IMG/VR virus record: IMGVR_UViG_3300048672_000970 | Span: 32,001-96,000 of that record | Source: a virus | Lineage: Duplodnaviria; Caudoviricetes | DNA length: 64,000 nt | Reading direction: 5' to 3' (one strand) | In this document: positions 17,502-26,952 of the stretch, piece after piece | How positions within the stretch are numbered: position 1 is the stretch's first letter | How the letters are laid out: each line of letters begins with the position of its first letter | Notes under the pieces: model-generated | What the model was told of the DNA's origin: nothing | The model's database searches: none | The model's input: the letters and a program-made list of their open reading frames with translations, nothing else | Program-made: the position numbers and the translations under genes

Positions 17502-18941
17502 TTACACAATCTTTGCGCGCAACATTTGAAGATATCGGGCATGTGACTTCTTAACGGCGGTCAGTTCCTTTTCTTCACGTTCTTGTTCTTCCACTTCAAT
17601 TTGAAGACCAGGGTCAATGGCCTTACGAACCGTCATCAAGTCTTGATATCCAGTAGCGTCAACAAGAGCTTGCAGCACTTGTTTTGCATCCGGGCCGGTC
17701 AGTTCATGGTGGTCAATGACCGGGATGATCACCAAACATTCTCGCTTCTGCCTAATGTCAAAATTGGCGGCGCGACTGAACTTGCCAGGGTCGGGGAGAT
17801 AGTCGGGGCGAGTCAAATCACCAATGTAAGGGCGGGCGCATCGACCAACTGATTGAATCAGCTTTTCACGAGTCTTTTCACTCATGAACAGAACTGCAGA
17901 CAAAGTGGAAATGTCAATCCCTTCTGCCAAAGTGTCATAATGCGCAACAATACAGTTTCGCTGATTTTCCTGAATGTCCTTCAGCAGAGCTTCCCGCGAC
18001 TGGAAAAAGTTACCGTCTTTCATCTGATTCTTGGAAGATACGGTATTAATGTTAAAACATCCGGCCACTTCCGGCAGTTCAGCAACAATACGGTCATAGA
18101 TTTTCCGCACGTTAGTTTGAATGGTGGTAATGTCAACTTGCACGTCACGAGTACAAACCAGCATCTGTGTATGCGGCATACCATTGAGCCGATTTCGCTT
18201 ATACGATTCAACAAACCCGGCGACCAGAATATCAACAATAGTTGCCGAAAGTTCGACATTCTTTCGATTGGCATGCAGTTCAATAATGGCCGGAGGGACA
18301 ATGTAGCCATCCTTGTAAAGTTCATACGGAAGCACTTCAGCAAGCACGCGTCCATACATCGATTCATTCATCGCCGAATGCATGTCAACTTTTTCACCAT
18401 TCTCATATACCACCGGGGTTGCGGTATAAAGCAAACACTTCGTTTTGAAAGACAAATTCATGGTGTAGTCCCTGAATTGCTTTTGCGCCAGATAATGTCC
18501 CTCATCAGCAATGACCAAATCAAATTCAAAATCATTGATGTGGGTGAAACTGTCATACGACGCATACGTGATATGCACATTACCCACATCCATAGCGGAA
18601 TTGATACATTCCGTCAAAATGGAAGCATTGGTAGTATTGATTTCCATCCGCATGTAACCTTCAGGGTGAGCGCCAGAATTGAAAGAATTCTTCACGACTT
18701 CAATTCCGCAAATCCATTCAGCACCGTTACGCACTTGTTGCTGACTGAGCGCAATGCGCGGCGTGACAACACAGAAATTACGCATACCAAGTTCAACTGC
18801 ATGCTCGATTGCCTTGTTGAACAGGACAGTCTTCCCCGCGCCAGTAGGCGCATAAATTTGCCCAAGCATTTCATCATTTTCGATAAACGCCTTGGTGGCG
18901 TTGTGAATCTTTTCTTGGTACGGGCGCAGGGTCTTGGACAT
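17502..18941 (-). CDS. SF2 DEAD/DEAH helicase, restriction-enzyme R-subunit-like
   Basis: LRPYQ, PTGAGKT, DEGH, YTATP, MNESMYG, TLAEGIDI, QSVGRCAR. Confidence 0.88.
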   Translation of the reverse strand: MSKTLRPYQEKIHNATKAFIENDEMLGQIYAPTGAGKTVLFNKAIEHAVELGMRNFCVVTPRIALSQQQVRNGAEWICGIEVVKNSFNSGAHPEGYMRMEINTTNASILTECINSAMDVGNVHITYASYDSFTHINDFEFDLVIADEGHYLAQKQFRDYTMNLSFKTKCLLYTATPVVYENGEKVDMHSAMNESMYGRVLAEVLPYELYKDGYIVPPAIIELHANRKNVELSATIVDILVAGFVESYKRNRLNGMPHTQMLVCTRDVQVDITTIQTNVRKIYDRIVAELPEVAGCFNINTVSSKNQMKDGNFFQSREALLKDIQENQRNCIVAHYDTLAEGIDISTLSAVLFMSEKTREKLIQSVGRCARPYIGDLTRPDYLPDPGKFSRAANFDIRQKRECLVIIPVIDHHELTGPDAKQVLQALVDATGYQDLMTVRKAIDPGLQIEVEEQEREEKELTAVKKSHARYLQMLRAKIV

Positions 18942-18964
18942 TTGCTTAACTCACGTAGAAAGTT

Positions 18965-19017
18965 GTTCGATGAAATGGATTATGCACAAAAGAAAAACCG
19001 GCGTCAAGCGCCGGTTT
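18965..19017 (-). promoter_or_regulatory. terminator hairpin overlapping the early promoter of the helicase operon
   Basis: AAACCGGCG-cttga-CGCCGGTTT then U-run; the -35 of TTGACG-17-CATAAT lies in the loop. Confidence 0.6.
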
Positions 19018-19052
19018 AGGTTGTTACACTTTGTTACCGCATTCACATACTT

Positions 19053-19310
19053 TCAATGTCCGTAATTACATCCGATGAAAGCTTGGCGGCCTCCAACCAT
19101 GATTGGAACGTCAGCAAATCCGCAGCATCCCTTTAGTAGTTTGGCGTAATACCCGTCTTTGGCCGATTCTTCATCGGCATAAGCAAACCGATAATTATCA
19201 ATACACGGGTCGTTACATTTTTCTTCCAACCAGTCGAAAGCGGCTGTTTCCGAATCGAATTCTTTCTTAACGCCGGTTTTGAGAAGTTTAGTGAAAAATT
19301 GATGATTCAT
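19053..19310 (-). CDS. hypothetical protein
   Basis: MNHQFF...GCCG...GCNYGH. Confidence 0.65.
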   Translation of the reverse strand: MNHQFFTKLLKTGVKKEFDSETAAFDWLEEKCNDPCIDNYRFAYADEESAKDGYYAKLLKGCCGFADVPIMVGGRQAFIGCNYGH

Positions 19311-19323
19311 TATGTGCTTTCTA

Positions 19324-19779
19324 TCACGTTTTGTTAGGGTCAACAACTTGCCCATCAACTGACAGCATCTTCAAAATATCTTCACGGTTCGCCATGACGA
19401 CATTGTTGACAGTTTTACCACCAGCATTCGGGATAAATTGCTTCACACGTTTCCGGTCATTTTTAACTCGGGCTTTCGTCGCAGCAGCTTGCAACGCAAT
19501 GTTCAAAAACGTTGCTGCCACTTCCGCATTGCGAGCTGCATAACGCGGCTCGACAATTTCTGTGTATCCATTCTGAGTGCGAAATGCTTCAATCGCTTCT
19601 GAATAGACTACATCAATCTTGCGGTCATTTTCTACATCATCAGCGTCCTTTTCTTCAGGGGCAGCAGATGCATTTTCAACCGGCAGATTTTCTTCATACT
19701 CGGCCAGCTCAGAATCAGCATCAGATGAAAATACGGTTTGCTCGATGTTAAGAGTTTCAAACAGTGGATTCTTAATCAT
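19324..19779 (-). CDS. putative terminase small subunit-like protein
   Basis: acidic N-terminus, helical core AEVAATFLNIAL, C-terminal NNVVMANREDILKML; TAAATA late motif upstream. Confidence 0.4.
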   Translation of the reverse strand: MIKNPLFETLNIEQTVFSSDADSELAEYEENLPVENASAAPEEKDADDVENDRKIDVVYSEAIEAFRTQNGYTEIVEPRYAARNAEVAATFLNIALQAAATKARVKNDRKRVKQFIPNAGGKTVNNVVMANREDILKMLSVDGQVVDPNKT

Positions 19780-19879
19780 ACATTAACTTAGGGTGTAACC
19801 TGTATTTATCAACTGGCAGTTCCAGGAAAGCTGATGCCTCATTAGAACACATCTTGATGCGATTGTCAAGGGGTGTGCA

Positions 19880-20740
19880 GGAAATGATTAAACGGGCCGT
19901 AGAGCGTTTTTAGTAGATGGGTGGTGCATGGGTAGCCTGATGGATGAAAACGGCTGTAACGGCCGTTAAACGCGTCCTGGTGGTGTGTTCTTATTTGTCA
20001 CCTATAGGAGTTTTACTGAATTGGTTAGGAAAGCCGGTAGGTTGGTTGGTTGGTTGGTTGGTTCCGTTCAGAGAAAGGTTCGTTGATTGGTTGTTCGTTA
20101 GATGCTGATTGATTTAACGGCTGTTAGCGCGTTCATAGACCAGTTGGCTACCCATGTAGCCTGTCGGATGAAAACTGCTCTAAAGCCCGTTAAACGCGTT
20201 CTAGACCCATGTTCTTATTTGTCACCTATAGGTATTTTACAAATGAACTGAAGAACTGAGTGGAAAGAGCTTAGTGGTAGCTTAGTTGGTTGGTTCGCAG
20301 AAAAGCTTAGTTGAGTAGTGGCGTGAGTCAGCTTGCAGCCGCGAGGCTCAAGATGCGAAAGAACTACTCAACTACTGAAGCCCTACGGGCTGAGGTTAGG
20401 TATGAAACGGATTGAAACCGACAGTAGTTGAATTGGTTCATAAAGGTACTGTGAAATTGGTTAAACGGGCCATAGCGCCGTTGGATGATGAAGTAGCTAC
20501 CTGGGTAGCCTGTCGGATGAAAACCGCTCTAACGTCCATTTTAGCCCCTTACAAGTCAATTCCTTATTTGTCACCTATAGGTATTTCTCAAATGAACGGA
20601 GAAAAGCTGGGTAGGTGGCTTAGTTAAGTTGGTTCGGAGAGCTTTAGGTGAGTTAAGCTCATGAGGCAGCTTGCAAGCCGGTAGGCTTCAAGATGTGAAG
20701 GACTTACTCGCCTATCCCGGAGGGATATGGGTTAATTGAT
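19880..20740 (+). repeat. non-coding repeat block A (3 structured units)
   Basis: CTTATTTGTCACCTATAGG at 19990, 20214, 20563, each preceded by GGTAGC/GTAGCC...GATGAAAAC; (GGTT)n at ~20040. Confidence 0.9.
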
Positions 20741-20776
20741 AATCTAAATACTGACTAAAGAAGATTAGGTTAAGGA

Positions 20777-23700
20777 ATGGCATTCAGAAATACAAATAGC
20801 GCCGAGACTTGGGATAAGATTTATGATGCGTTCGACAAAGTAAACTTCGTCGCATATGATTTCAATACCATCAAAGCCTCACTTGTTGATTACATCAAGA
20901 TATACTATCCAGAGTATTTCAATGACTTGATCGACTCTAACGAACTGTTCATCATGATTGATGCATTCGCATTCATCGCTGAACAGTTAGCTTATCGAGT
21001 GGATATGGTCGGCCATGAGAACTTCATCACTACCGCCCAGCGCAAACAATCTATTCTTAAGCTAGCCAAACTTATTTCATATAAGCCAACTCGCAACATT
21101 CCTTTACGTGGCCTAGTCAAATTCACATCTATCACTTCCACTGAACGAGTTATTGATTCACGGGGAATTGATTTATCGGAAACGACTATCAAATGGAATG
21201 ATGCTAATAACACCAATTGGAAAGAGCAATTCATGTTGTTACTCAATCGAGTGATGACTTCCAATTTTGGACAACCGCAAAAGACGTTTGAGATTAATGA
21301 CGTGCAGATGGAAATTTACGGTTTGAATACTGATGGATTCAAAAATGGCGTGATTGGTTATCAAGCGAATGCCGGACTAGATACTTATCCGATGGAATTA
21401 GTTCCTGCCGACTTGGACGAAAATGGGCCGTATGAACGCGAACCTGATTTAACCACTCCTTTCTCGTTCGTCTATTCAAACGATGGCAATGGCGATGCGT
21501 CCGATTTGACGGGTTTCCTAGCCTATACTAAACAAGGGGCATTAACTCGTGTTGACATCTCAATCGATGCTCAATTGCCTAACAGAGAGCTGAAGTTCGC
21601 GCCGCAAAATGTTAACCATACTGACGTGTGGGTTCAGCAACTGGATGCCAATTCAAACGTATCTGTGAGATGGCAGCAAATTGACAACATTTCCGAACAG
21701 AACCTCATTTTTAACGACAGTTCATCAAGGAAGAAGTTTGAAGTTAACACTCTGGAAAATGACCAGATATCAGTGCTTTTCGGTGATGGTGATTTTGTCG
21801 ATGCACCTATTGGTAATTTCCGTGTATGGATGCGGCAATCTGCCAATAGAAACATTTCCATTCAGCGGTCGAAAGTAATTGATTCCCCATTCACTTTCAA
21901 GTATGTGTCAGCGGCCGGTAACTCAGAATCGTGCACTATCACGTTCAGTTTGACTAACACTCTCCAAAATGGGGCGGCATCTGAAACAACTGAACATATT
22001 CGGCAAGCAGCTCCTGCCACTTATTATTCTCAGAACCGAATGGTGAACGGGCAGGACTACAATACGTATATGCTGAAAGACCAGAGTATCCTTCGCATTC
22101 AATCCATTAACAGAACCTTCGCCGGCCAGCCAAAATATATTGACTGGAATGATGCGTCGGGTAGTTATGAGAATGTCAAGATTTTTGGTGATGATGCCCG
22201 AATGGAATATCAATTAGGAATTGAATCGTTGACGGTATCATCTTCCGGACAGGCGTTAGTTGATTCAGTCATTGAACCAATTCTGAAGAAGACGGGTGTC
22301 GTCTCGCTCATTTCTCATGTTGTCGCTTCTACTCCTGCGCTAAAAGGTGTTATCACCCCCGTTCGTCGGTCATTCATTGAAGACAATCGGGCTATGTACA
22401 AGAACGTCAATAACACCAGTGTCCAATTGATTTCAGGCGTCTCGGCCGATGGGTCACTGAAAGAGAAAACTGCCATTCAAGCTGTCATCGACCGACATTA
22501 TTACGGCGAGCCACTTTCATTTGTTGAAGGAACTGACGGCTCAGTTTGGGCGAAGATTCCTAATCCAGATACGTCACCAATGGATGATGGCAAGATTTAT
22601 GCGATGTCTGTTCCACGGACAGTGGACGGCGTGAACAAATATCCTCCGGGTGATGTTGGGTCAGGATTACAACCCATTGCCGAACAAGAATATTTCGGAC
22701 TAAGATATAATCCGATGATGAAGGGTATTGGTAACGGAACGTTAGTTATCAATACTTCCAATCCATCATGGAAAATTGTCGGGGAAGTGTGGACGATTGA
22801 AGTGTTAGCGGACAAAGTTTCGTTCAGTGTCCGGAGCAGTATTCGAGGGACGTTTGCTACTGGTTTGATTGGTCAGACGTATCAAATCAATCCAGCTAAC
22901 GCCAGTCTATCAACCGACTTTTTCACCTTAACTAACGGTTCAGTTGCCTTCGAGCCGGGTGACTCATTTGTCATTGATACTGCATCAGGCGGATTTAGTT
23001 ATCGGACGAATACCTATCCAAATGCGGGTGGTATCTTTCTGCCGAATGGCTGTATCAATTTGAATGGCTATTGGGAAATCATCTCGTATAACGAACTGAC
23101 GCATTATGCAGGTGGTATTGTCAATCCGGGCGATGAAAATCTGTTCACACCGTCCAATTCGTCTCTCATTCAAAAGCAGCATTCTTGGACAATCTTCGTC
23201 AAGAAAGTGAGAAATACACAGACGAATGTTGTCACTGGATATGAGATTCATCATCGGACATTAGACCTTATCGTGCAGTCAAATAACACTAAATTCTGGT
23301 TCAATGAATCGGACAAGATTCTCGACTATTCCACAAAGAAGACAGTGTTTGACAATATCAAAATTTTGCGCAGTAACAAAGATTCGGCGGGTTTGTTATT
23401 CGTCAATAGTCAAATTTATGATGTCGTTGCTGCTATCAAAGATTCTAACGGAAATGTGCAAGTGAATAAACTGTCCATTCTGCCGTCAGATATGTTACAA
23501 GAATCTTCGTCAGGTGATTTGATTCCAGACCGGGCGTTACAGTTTGAATTGGTTTCTGAAGGCAACTACAAATATTTCTATTTGTCAGACCCGACGACCA
23601 TTATTTCAAATCCGGGCGGAACGTGGGAAGATGGGTCGTTTGTTGACACTACTTTCACTTATGGTCGCAGTCAGTTTTTGGATAATGCCGGTGAAGGTCT

Positions 23701-24316
23701 TGATTTCATGTGGAGTCATTATGCCAGTCAGCATAACATTATCGATGGAAGTCCGACTAATATCATTGATGCGTATGTGTTAACTCGTGGCTATTATGAT
23801 AACGTCACCAACTACGTTCGTGGATTGACGGCCGTCAAACCGATTCCGCCAACGTCGTTAGAGTTGCGTAACGCGTATGGCTACATGATTAAGAACAAGA
23901 TGTTGTCCGATACTTTAGTGATGCATTCAGGTAAAATTAAACTGCTGTTCGGTTCATTAGCCGAACCCCAACTACGCGCATCTATCAAAGTAGTTAAAAG
24001 CATGTCAGCATCCATTAGTAACGAACGTATCAAAGAAGAAATTCTAAAAGTAGTTAACACCTATTTCGACATTCTGAATTGGGACTTTGGCGAATCATTT
24101 TACGCAACTGAACTGATTAGTTTAATTCATCAACGGCTTCCCGGTGATGTGGCGGGAGTGGTGTTAGTACCTACTTACAGTTCAAATTCGTTTGGTGATA
24201 TGTTAACTGTCACTTCTGGACTAGATGAAATTTTACAAAGCTGCCTGCAAATGTCGGATATTGAAATTGTTGACGCGTTTTCACCAACCGTAATTAGACA
24301 AGTCAAGACTGTCTGA
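20777..24316 (+). CDS. baseplate wedge subunit (T4 gp6-like, enlarged)
   Basis: YDFNTIKASL..YYPEYFND...ENFITTAQRKQSILKLAKLISY N-terminus; QNRMVNGQDY; WDFGESFY C-terminus. Confidence 0.85.
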   Translation: MAFRNTNSAETWDKIYDAFDKVNFVAYDFNTIKASLVDYIKIYYPEYFNDLIDSNELFIMIDAFAFIAEQLAYRVDMVGHENFITTAQRKQSILKLAKLISYKPTRNIPLRGLVKFTSITSTERVIDSRGIDLSETTIKWNDANNTNWKEQFMLLLNRVMTSNFGQPQKTFEINDVQMEIYGLNTDGFKNGVIGYQANAGLDTYPMELVPADLDENGPYEREPDLTTPFSFVYSNDGNGDASDLTGFLAYTKQGALTRVDISIDAQLPNRELKFAPQNVNHTDVWVQQLDANSNVSVRWQQIDNISEQNLIFNDSSSRKKFEVNTLENDQISVLFGDGDFVDAPIGNFRVWMRQSANRNISIQRSKVIDSPFTFKYVSAAGNSESCTITFSLTNTLQNGAASETTEHIRQAAPATYYSQNRMVNGQDYNTYMLKDQSILRIQSINRTFAGQPKYIDWNDASGSYENVKIFGDDARMEYQLGIESLTVSSSGQALVDSVIEPILKKTGVVSLISHVVASTPALKGVITPVRRSFIEDNRAMYKNVNNTSVQLISGVSADGSLKEKTAIQAVIDRHYYGEPLSFVEGTDGSVWAKIPNPDTSPMDDGKIYAMSVPRTVDGVNKYPPGDVGSGLQPIAEQEYFGLRYNPMMKGIGNGTLVINTSNPSWKIVGEVWTIEVLADKVSFSVRSSIRGTFATGLIGQTYQINPANASLSTDFFTLTNGSVAFEPGDSFVIDTASGGFSYRTNTYPNAGGIFLPNGCINLNGYWEIISYNELTHYAGGIVNPGDENLFTPSNSSLIQKQHSWTIFVKKVRNTQTNVVTGYEIHHRTLDLIVQSNNTKFWFNESDKILDYSTKKTVFDNIKILRSNKDSAGLLFVNSQIYDVVAAIKDSNGNVQVNKLSILPSDMLQESSSGDLIPDRALQFELVSEGNYKYFYLSDPTTIISNPGGTWEDGSFVDTTFTYGRSQFLDNAGEGLDFMWSHYASQHNIIDGSPTNIIDAYVLTRGYYDNVTNYVRGLTAVKPIPPTSLELRNAYGYMIKNKMLSDTLVMHSGKIKLLFGSLAEPQLRASIKVVKSMSASISNERIKEEILKVVNTYFDILNWDFGESFYATELISLIHQRLPGDVAGVVLVPTYSSNSFGDMLTVTSGLDEILQSCLQMSDIEIVDAFSPTVIRQVKTV

Positions 24317-24345
24317 GCTAAATAACGTAAAAGGAAACTTACACT

Positions 24346-24783
24346 ATGGCTAAGGATTTTGAAGATATGCCAGATGATACTGGTATTGATGATGACAAGC
24401 AAACAGTTGCCCCCGTGGTGGCGAAGGATGTAGAACAAGAACCGGACGTTGACTATGATGTCAAGTTTGACATGACTGCTTTTGCGCCGGAGCCGAAGGC
24501 TGAAGTGACGGATGAGGTAAAGAGCGTAACAGTTTGTTTTGAATACATTCGCGGTAATGGCTATGGCCCGGACGATGTTTTTGAAGTCGAGCTGCCTATT
24601 ACCGTTAGTGCGTTCACTACCGAAAATGGCAAGGACAAGTGTTCTACCTACACCATCATTCGGCGCCTGCGGTTTGACCGCAAGAAGCTGTATGCGGAAG
24701 CGCTGGCAAATGCGCAACATGTGACGGTGGTTGAATCAATTAACGAATCTACGCGGATGCGCAGACTAGCTGGACTGGAGTGA
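24346..24783 (+). CDS. hypothetical acidic late protein
   Basis: TAAATA at 24319, AAGGA SD. Confidence 0.7.
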   Translation: MAKDFEDMPDDTGIDDDKQTVAPVVAKDVEQEPDVDYDVKFDMTAFAPEPKAEVTDEVKSVTVCFEYIRGNGYGPDDVFEVELPITVSAFTTENGKDKCSTYTIIRRLRFDRKKLYAEALANAQHVTVVESINESTRMRRLAGLE

Positions 24784-24785
24784 AA

Positions 24786-25361
24786 ATGGCTGACGTAATT
24801 ATCATTGCTAAAGACCCGAGCCTGACTGTTGAAGCAGTCAAGGCATTGAAGGATGCTGAAGTATCGTACAAGCTTGTCTCGATGAAGGATAAGCTGTCCG
24901 CCCTTTTCATGGACGATGAGAAGGAAGAAAAAGAAGAAACCAAGGAAGTACCTAAGGAAGAAAAGCCGGTTGAAAAGCCTGCAGAAAAGGAAGACAGGGG
25001 TGCTAAACCGGAAGGTGAAGATAAAACTGACAAGACCCCGAAGGGTGACGAAGACGGCGTACTTGATGACCTTGATTCACTGGCTCCGAAGGAAGTTAAA
25101 GAAGCATTTGAAGTCAAGCTGTTCGGTGAACCAATTAAGGCTGTGTTTGGTAAACAATCTGTTCTGTTCGTCAATCAATATGCTATCAGTGAAGGTCTGA
25201 ATCCATTTGCGGTATTTGAACTGAATGACATGCAGTGCAAAGTTTTCCGAAATGCAGATGGAACCGTTAATCTGGACGTTATCAGCGAAAGCCGTTCATT
25301 CCGTTTATCGAATGTCGTCATTCGGCAAGGTCGAGAGAACGTATTAGTTATTAAACGCTAA
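24786..25361 (+). CDS. hypothetical protein with charged linker
   Basis: GGAG SD; E/K/P-rich middle. Confidence 0.7.
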   Translation: MADVIIIAKDPSLTVEAVKALKDAEVSYKLVSMKDKLSALFMDDEKEEKEETKEVPKEEKPVEKPAEKEDRGAKPEGEDKTDKTPKGDEDGVLDDLDSLAPKEVKEAFEVKLFGEPIKAVFGKQSVLFVNQYAISEGLNPFAVFELNDMQCKVFRNADGTVNLDVISESRSFRLSNVVIRQGRENVLVIKR

Positions 25362-25365
25362 TCAA

Positions 25366-25389
25366 AAATCCCCGGCTAGCCGGGGATTT
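25366..25389 (+). terminator. intrinsic terminator
   Basis: AAATCCCCGGC-ta-GCCGGGGATTT. Confidence 0.6.
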
Positions 25390-25395
25390 CACTTT

Positions 25396-25875
25396 ATGCA
25401 TCATCCCATTTATATCTCTGATTACTTATTAACTCAGGCTGAGTGCATTGCCGCGCAAGCTGATTTATCAATCATTCACCAACTGGTCATGGATGAAGTG
25501 CCGATGATTGAGGAAAGATATTGGAGTATAGTCACTAACGTCCATGTCTCTCTTTGTTCGCAATCTGAACTAACATCTTCTCACGAACTGATGGGTATCA
25601 TCTGGATTAAATCGAAACAGACTTCGATGCCATTTTCAGAATCATTACACGTCTTTGGTGGAGATTTCAATCTGCCCAGCTATCGAATCAAATTCGCCCA
25701 AGAAGCAGGTCATCTGATGTTAATGCCGGCCACCCGTCATTTCACCAATCAAATTCTACCTACTGAGTTAGGTGATTTGCTCTACTTCAAAATCGAGATA
25801 GACATGATGGATGGAAATGGGCACAGATGGATATATGAACGTGACAAGTTCACGCATGATAACTCAGCTATCTAG
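25396..25875 (+). CDS. hypothetical protein
   Basis: 159 aa ORF converging with the tail cluster. Confidence 0.6.
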   Translation: MHHPIYISDYLLTQAECIAAQADLSIIHQLVMDEVPMIEERYWSIVTNVHVSLCSQSELTSSHELMGIIWIKSKQTSMPFSESLHVFGGDFNLPSYRIKFAQEAGHLMLMPATRHFTNQILPTELGDLLYFKIEIDMMDGNGHRWIYERDKFTHDNSAI

Positions 25876-26665
25876 GTTGCCAAGACCCTTTGGTTGATGA
25901 TTCACCTTTCCATTCATACACTTTACTTATTTCCATTCTAGCTCCTTTATCACTTTCCGCGTAATTGATATGAATCAAACTCCTAGTCGGGCCAGTATCA
26001 ATTTCAGCTAATGGAGGAAAACCAATTCCTCCAGCCAGTTTGGCATTTTCGACAGGTGATAAACTGATGAATGGGAAGGTAGGAAGTGAAACTAATGTCG
26101 GAAAATTGACATCTTGCCCGTCTGTCAAGCATTCAACCCATTTTGAATTGGTATGGATGTTAGTTATCACCGGATTGACATTCCAATAAGTATGAGTGGC
26201 ATGAGTATCAGGGTCTATTTCTGATACTTCACTGATAGGATAAATTTCCAAGTCAGGTTCAAACTGTTGGTCGGATAAATCAGTTAACTTCACTATCAGC
26301 TTTTGTGAAATAGTCAATACTCCTTTTCTGGCAGGAGTTGAAAAAAGGAGTGTTAGTTCATTCGTGAAAAAGTTCTTCCGGTATAAATTTGCTGTTCCGT
26401 TCTCAATCTTGACCAGTTCGTTATACGCTAAGTTATTGAATAACATCTGTTGAGTAGGTAACTCATTTTTGAAGTGAAGAATAAAATAGCCGGCCTGTAA
26501 TTGAGAGATGAACGAGAACGAAAGGTTGTTATATTTGTCTCCATACTCTTTTGCGCGAAGCATGAATGAACCGACCAGTAATCTTGCTTTTACCAAACTG
26601 TACGTTTTCAAAAATGGCTTAACTGATTTAAGCGGTTGGTATGAATAGGTTGGTAAGTTGCTCAT
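25868..26665 (-). CDS. hypothetical, probably baseplate-associated
   Basis: coupled to the PAAR gene. Confidence 0.65.
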   Translation of the reverse strand: MSNLPTYSYQPLKSVKPFLKTYSLVKARLLVGSFMLRAKEYGDKYNNLSFSFISQLQAGYFILHFKNELPTQQMLFNNLAYNELVKIENGTANLYRKNFFTNELTLLFSTPARKGVLTISQKLIVKLTDLSDQQFEPDLEIYPISEVSEIDPDTHATHTYWNVNPVITNIHTNSKWVECLTDGQDVNFPTLVSLPTFPFISLSPVENAKLAGGIGFPPLAEIDTGPTRSLIHINYAESDKGARMEISKVYEWKGESSTKGSWQPR

Positions 26666-26952
26666 TCGACGTTCACATCCGGACTACCTGAAGAAACCAC
26701 CCCATTGTGCCATCTGTCATAATATGCATGGGCGACCATTTTAGTTTTATCTGCAAGTGCAACTGGAAATCCATTGACAAAAACAGTTGAGCTATACGGG
26801 CCAATCAATTGAGAAGGCGGCCACGGGCCATGACCAGTGGTGATGAATGTGTCACTGGTCGTCACTGGCATTCCGTTAGCAAACACGTTGTTACTTCCTT
26901 CGGCAACAACTGACCCGCATGAAATCTCATCTCCTAATCGAACCAGTTTCAT
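26662..26952 (-). CDS. PAAR-type spike tip protein (T4 gp5.4-like)
   Basis: RLGDEISCG, GSNNVFANG.P, STVFVNG.PVA, GSPDVNV. Confidence 0.88.
   Translation of the reverse strand: MKLVRLGDEISCGSVVAEGSNNVFANGMPVTTSDTFITTGHGPWPPSQLIGPYSSTVFVNGFPVALADKTKMVAHAYYDRWHNGVVSSGSPDVNVE

Noticed and set aside
17853-19019. Long antisense ORFs (also 51054-52022, 13002-13616, 58361-59008, 61589-62218)
   Set aside because: Shadows of well-supported genes on the opposite strand, with no SD or motifs.
20412-20627. 71 aa ORF inside repeat block A
   Set aside because: TTG start, no SD, and frame not preserved in the other repeat units.
19880-20740. Blocks A/B as CRISPR arrays or IS ends
   Set aside because: Units are 220-350 bp with homologous rather than unique intervening sequence, and no transposase or invertase is present in the window.
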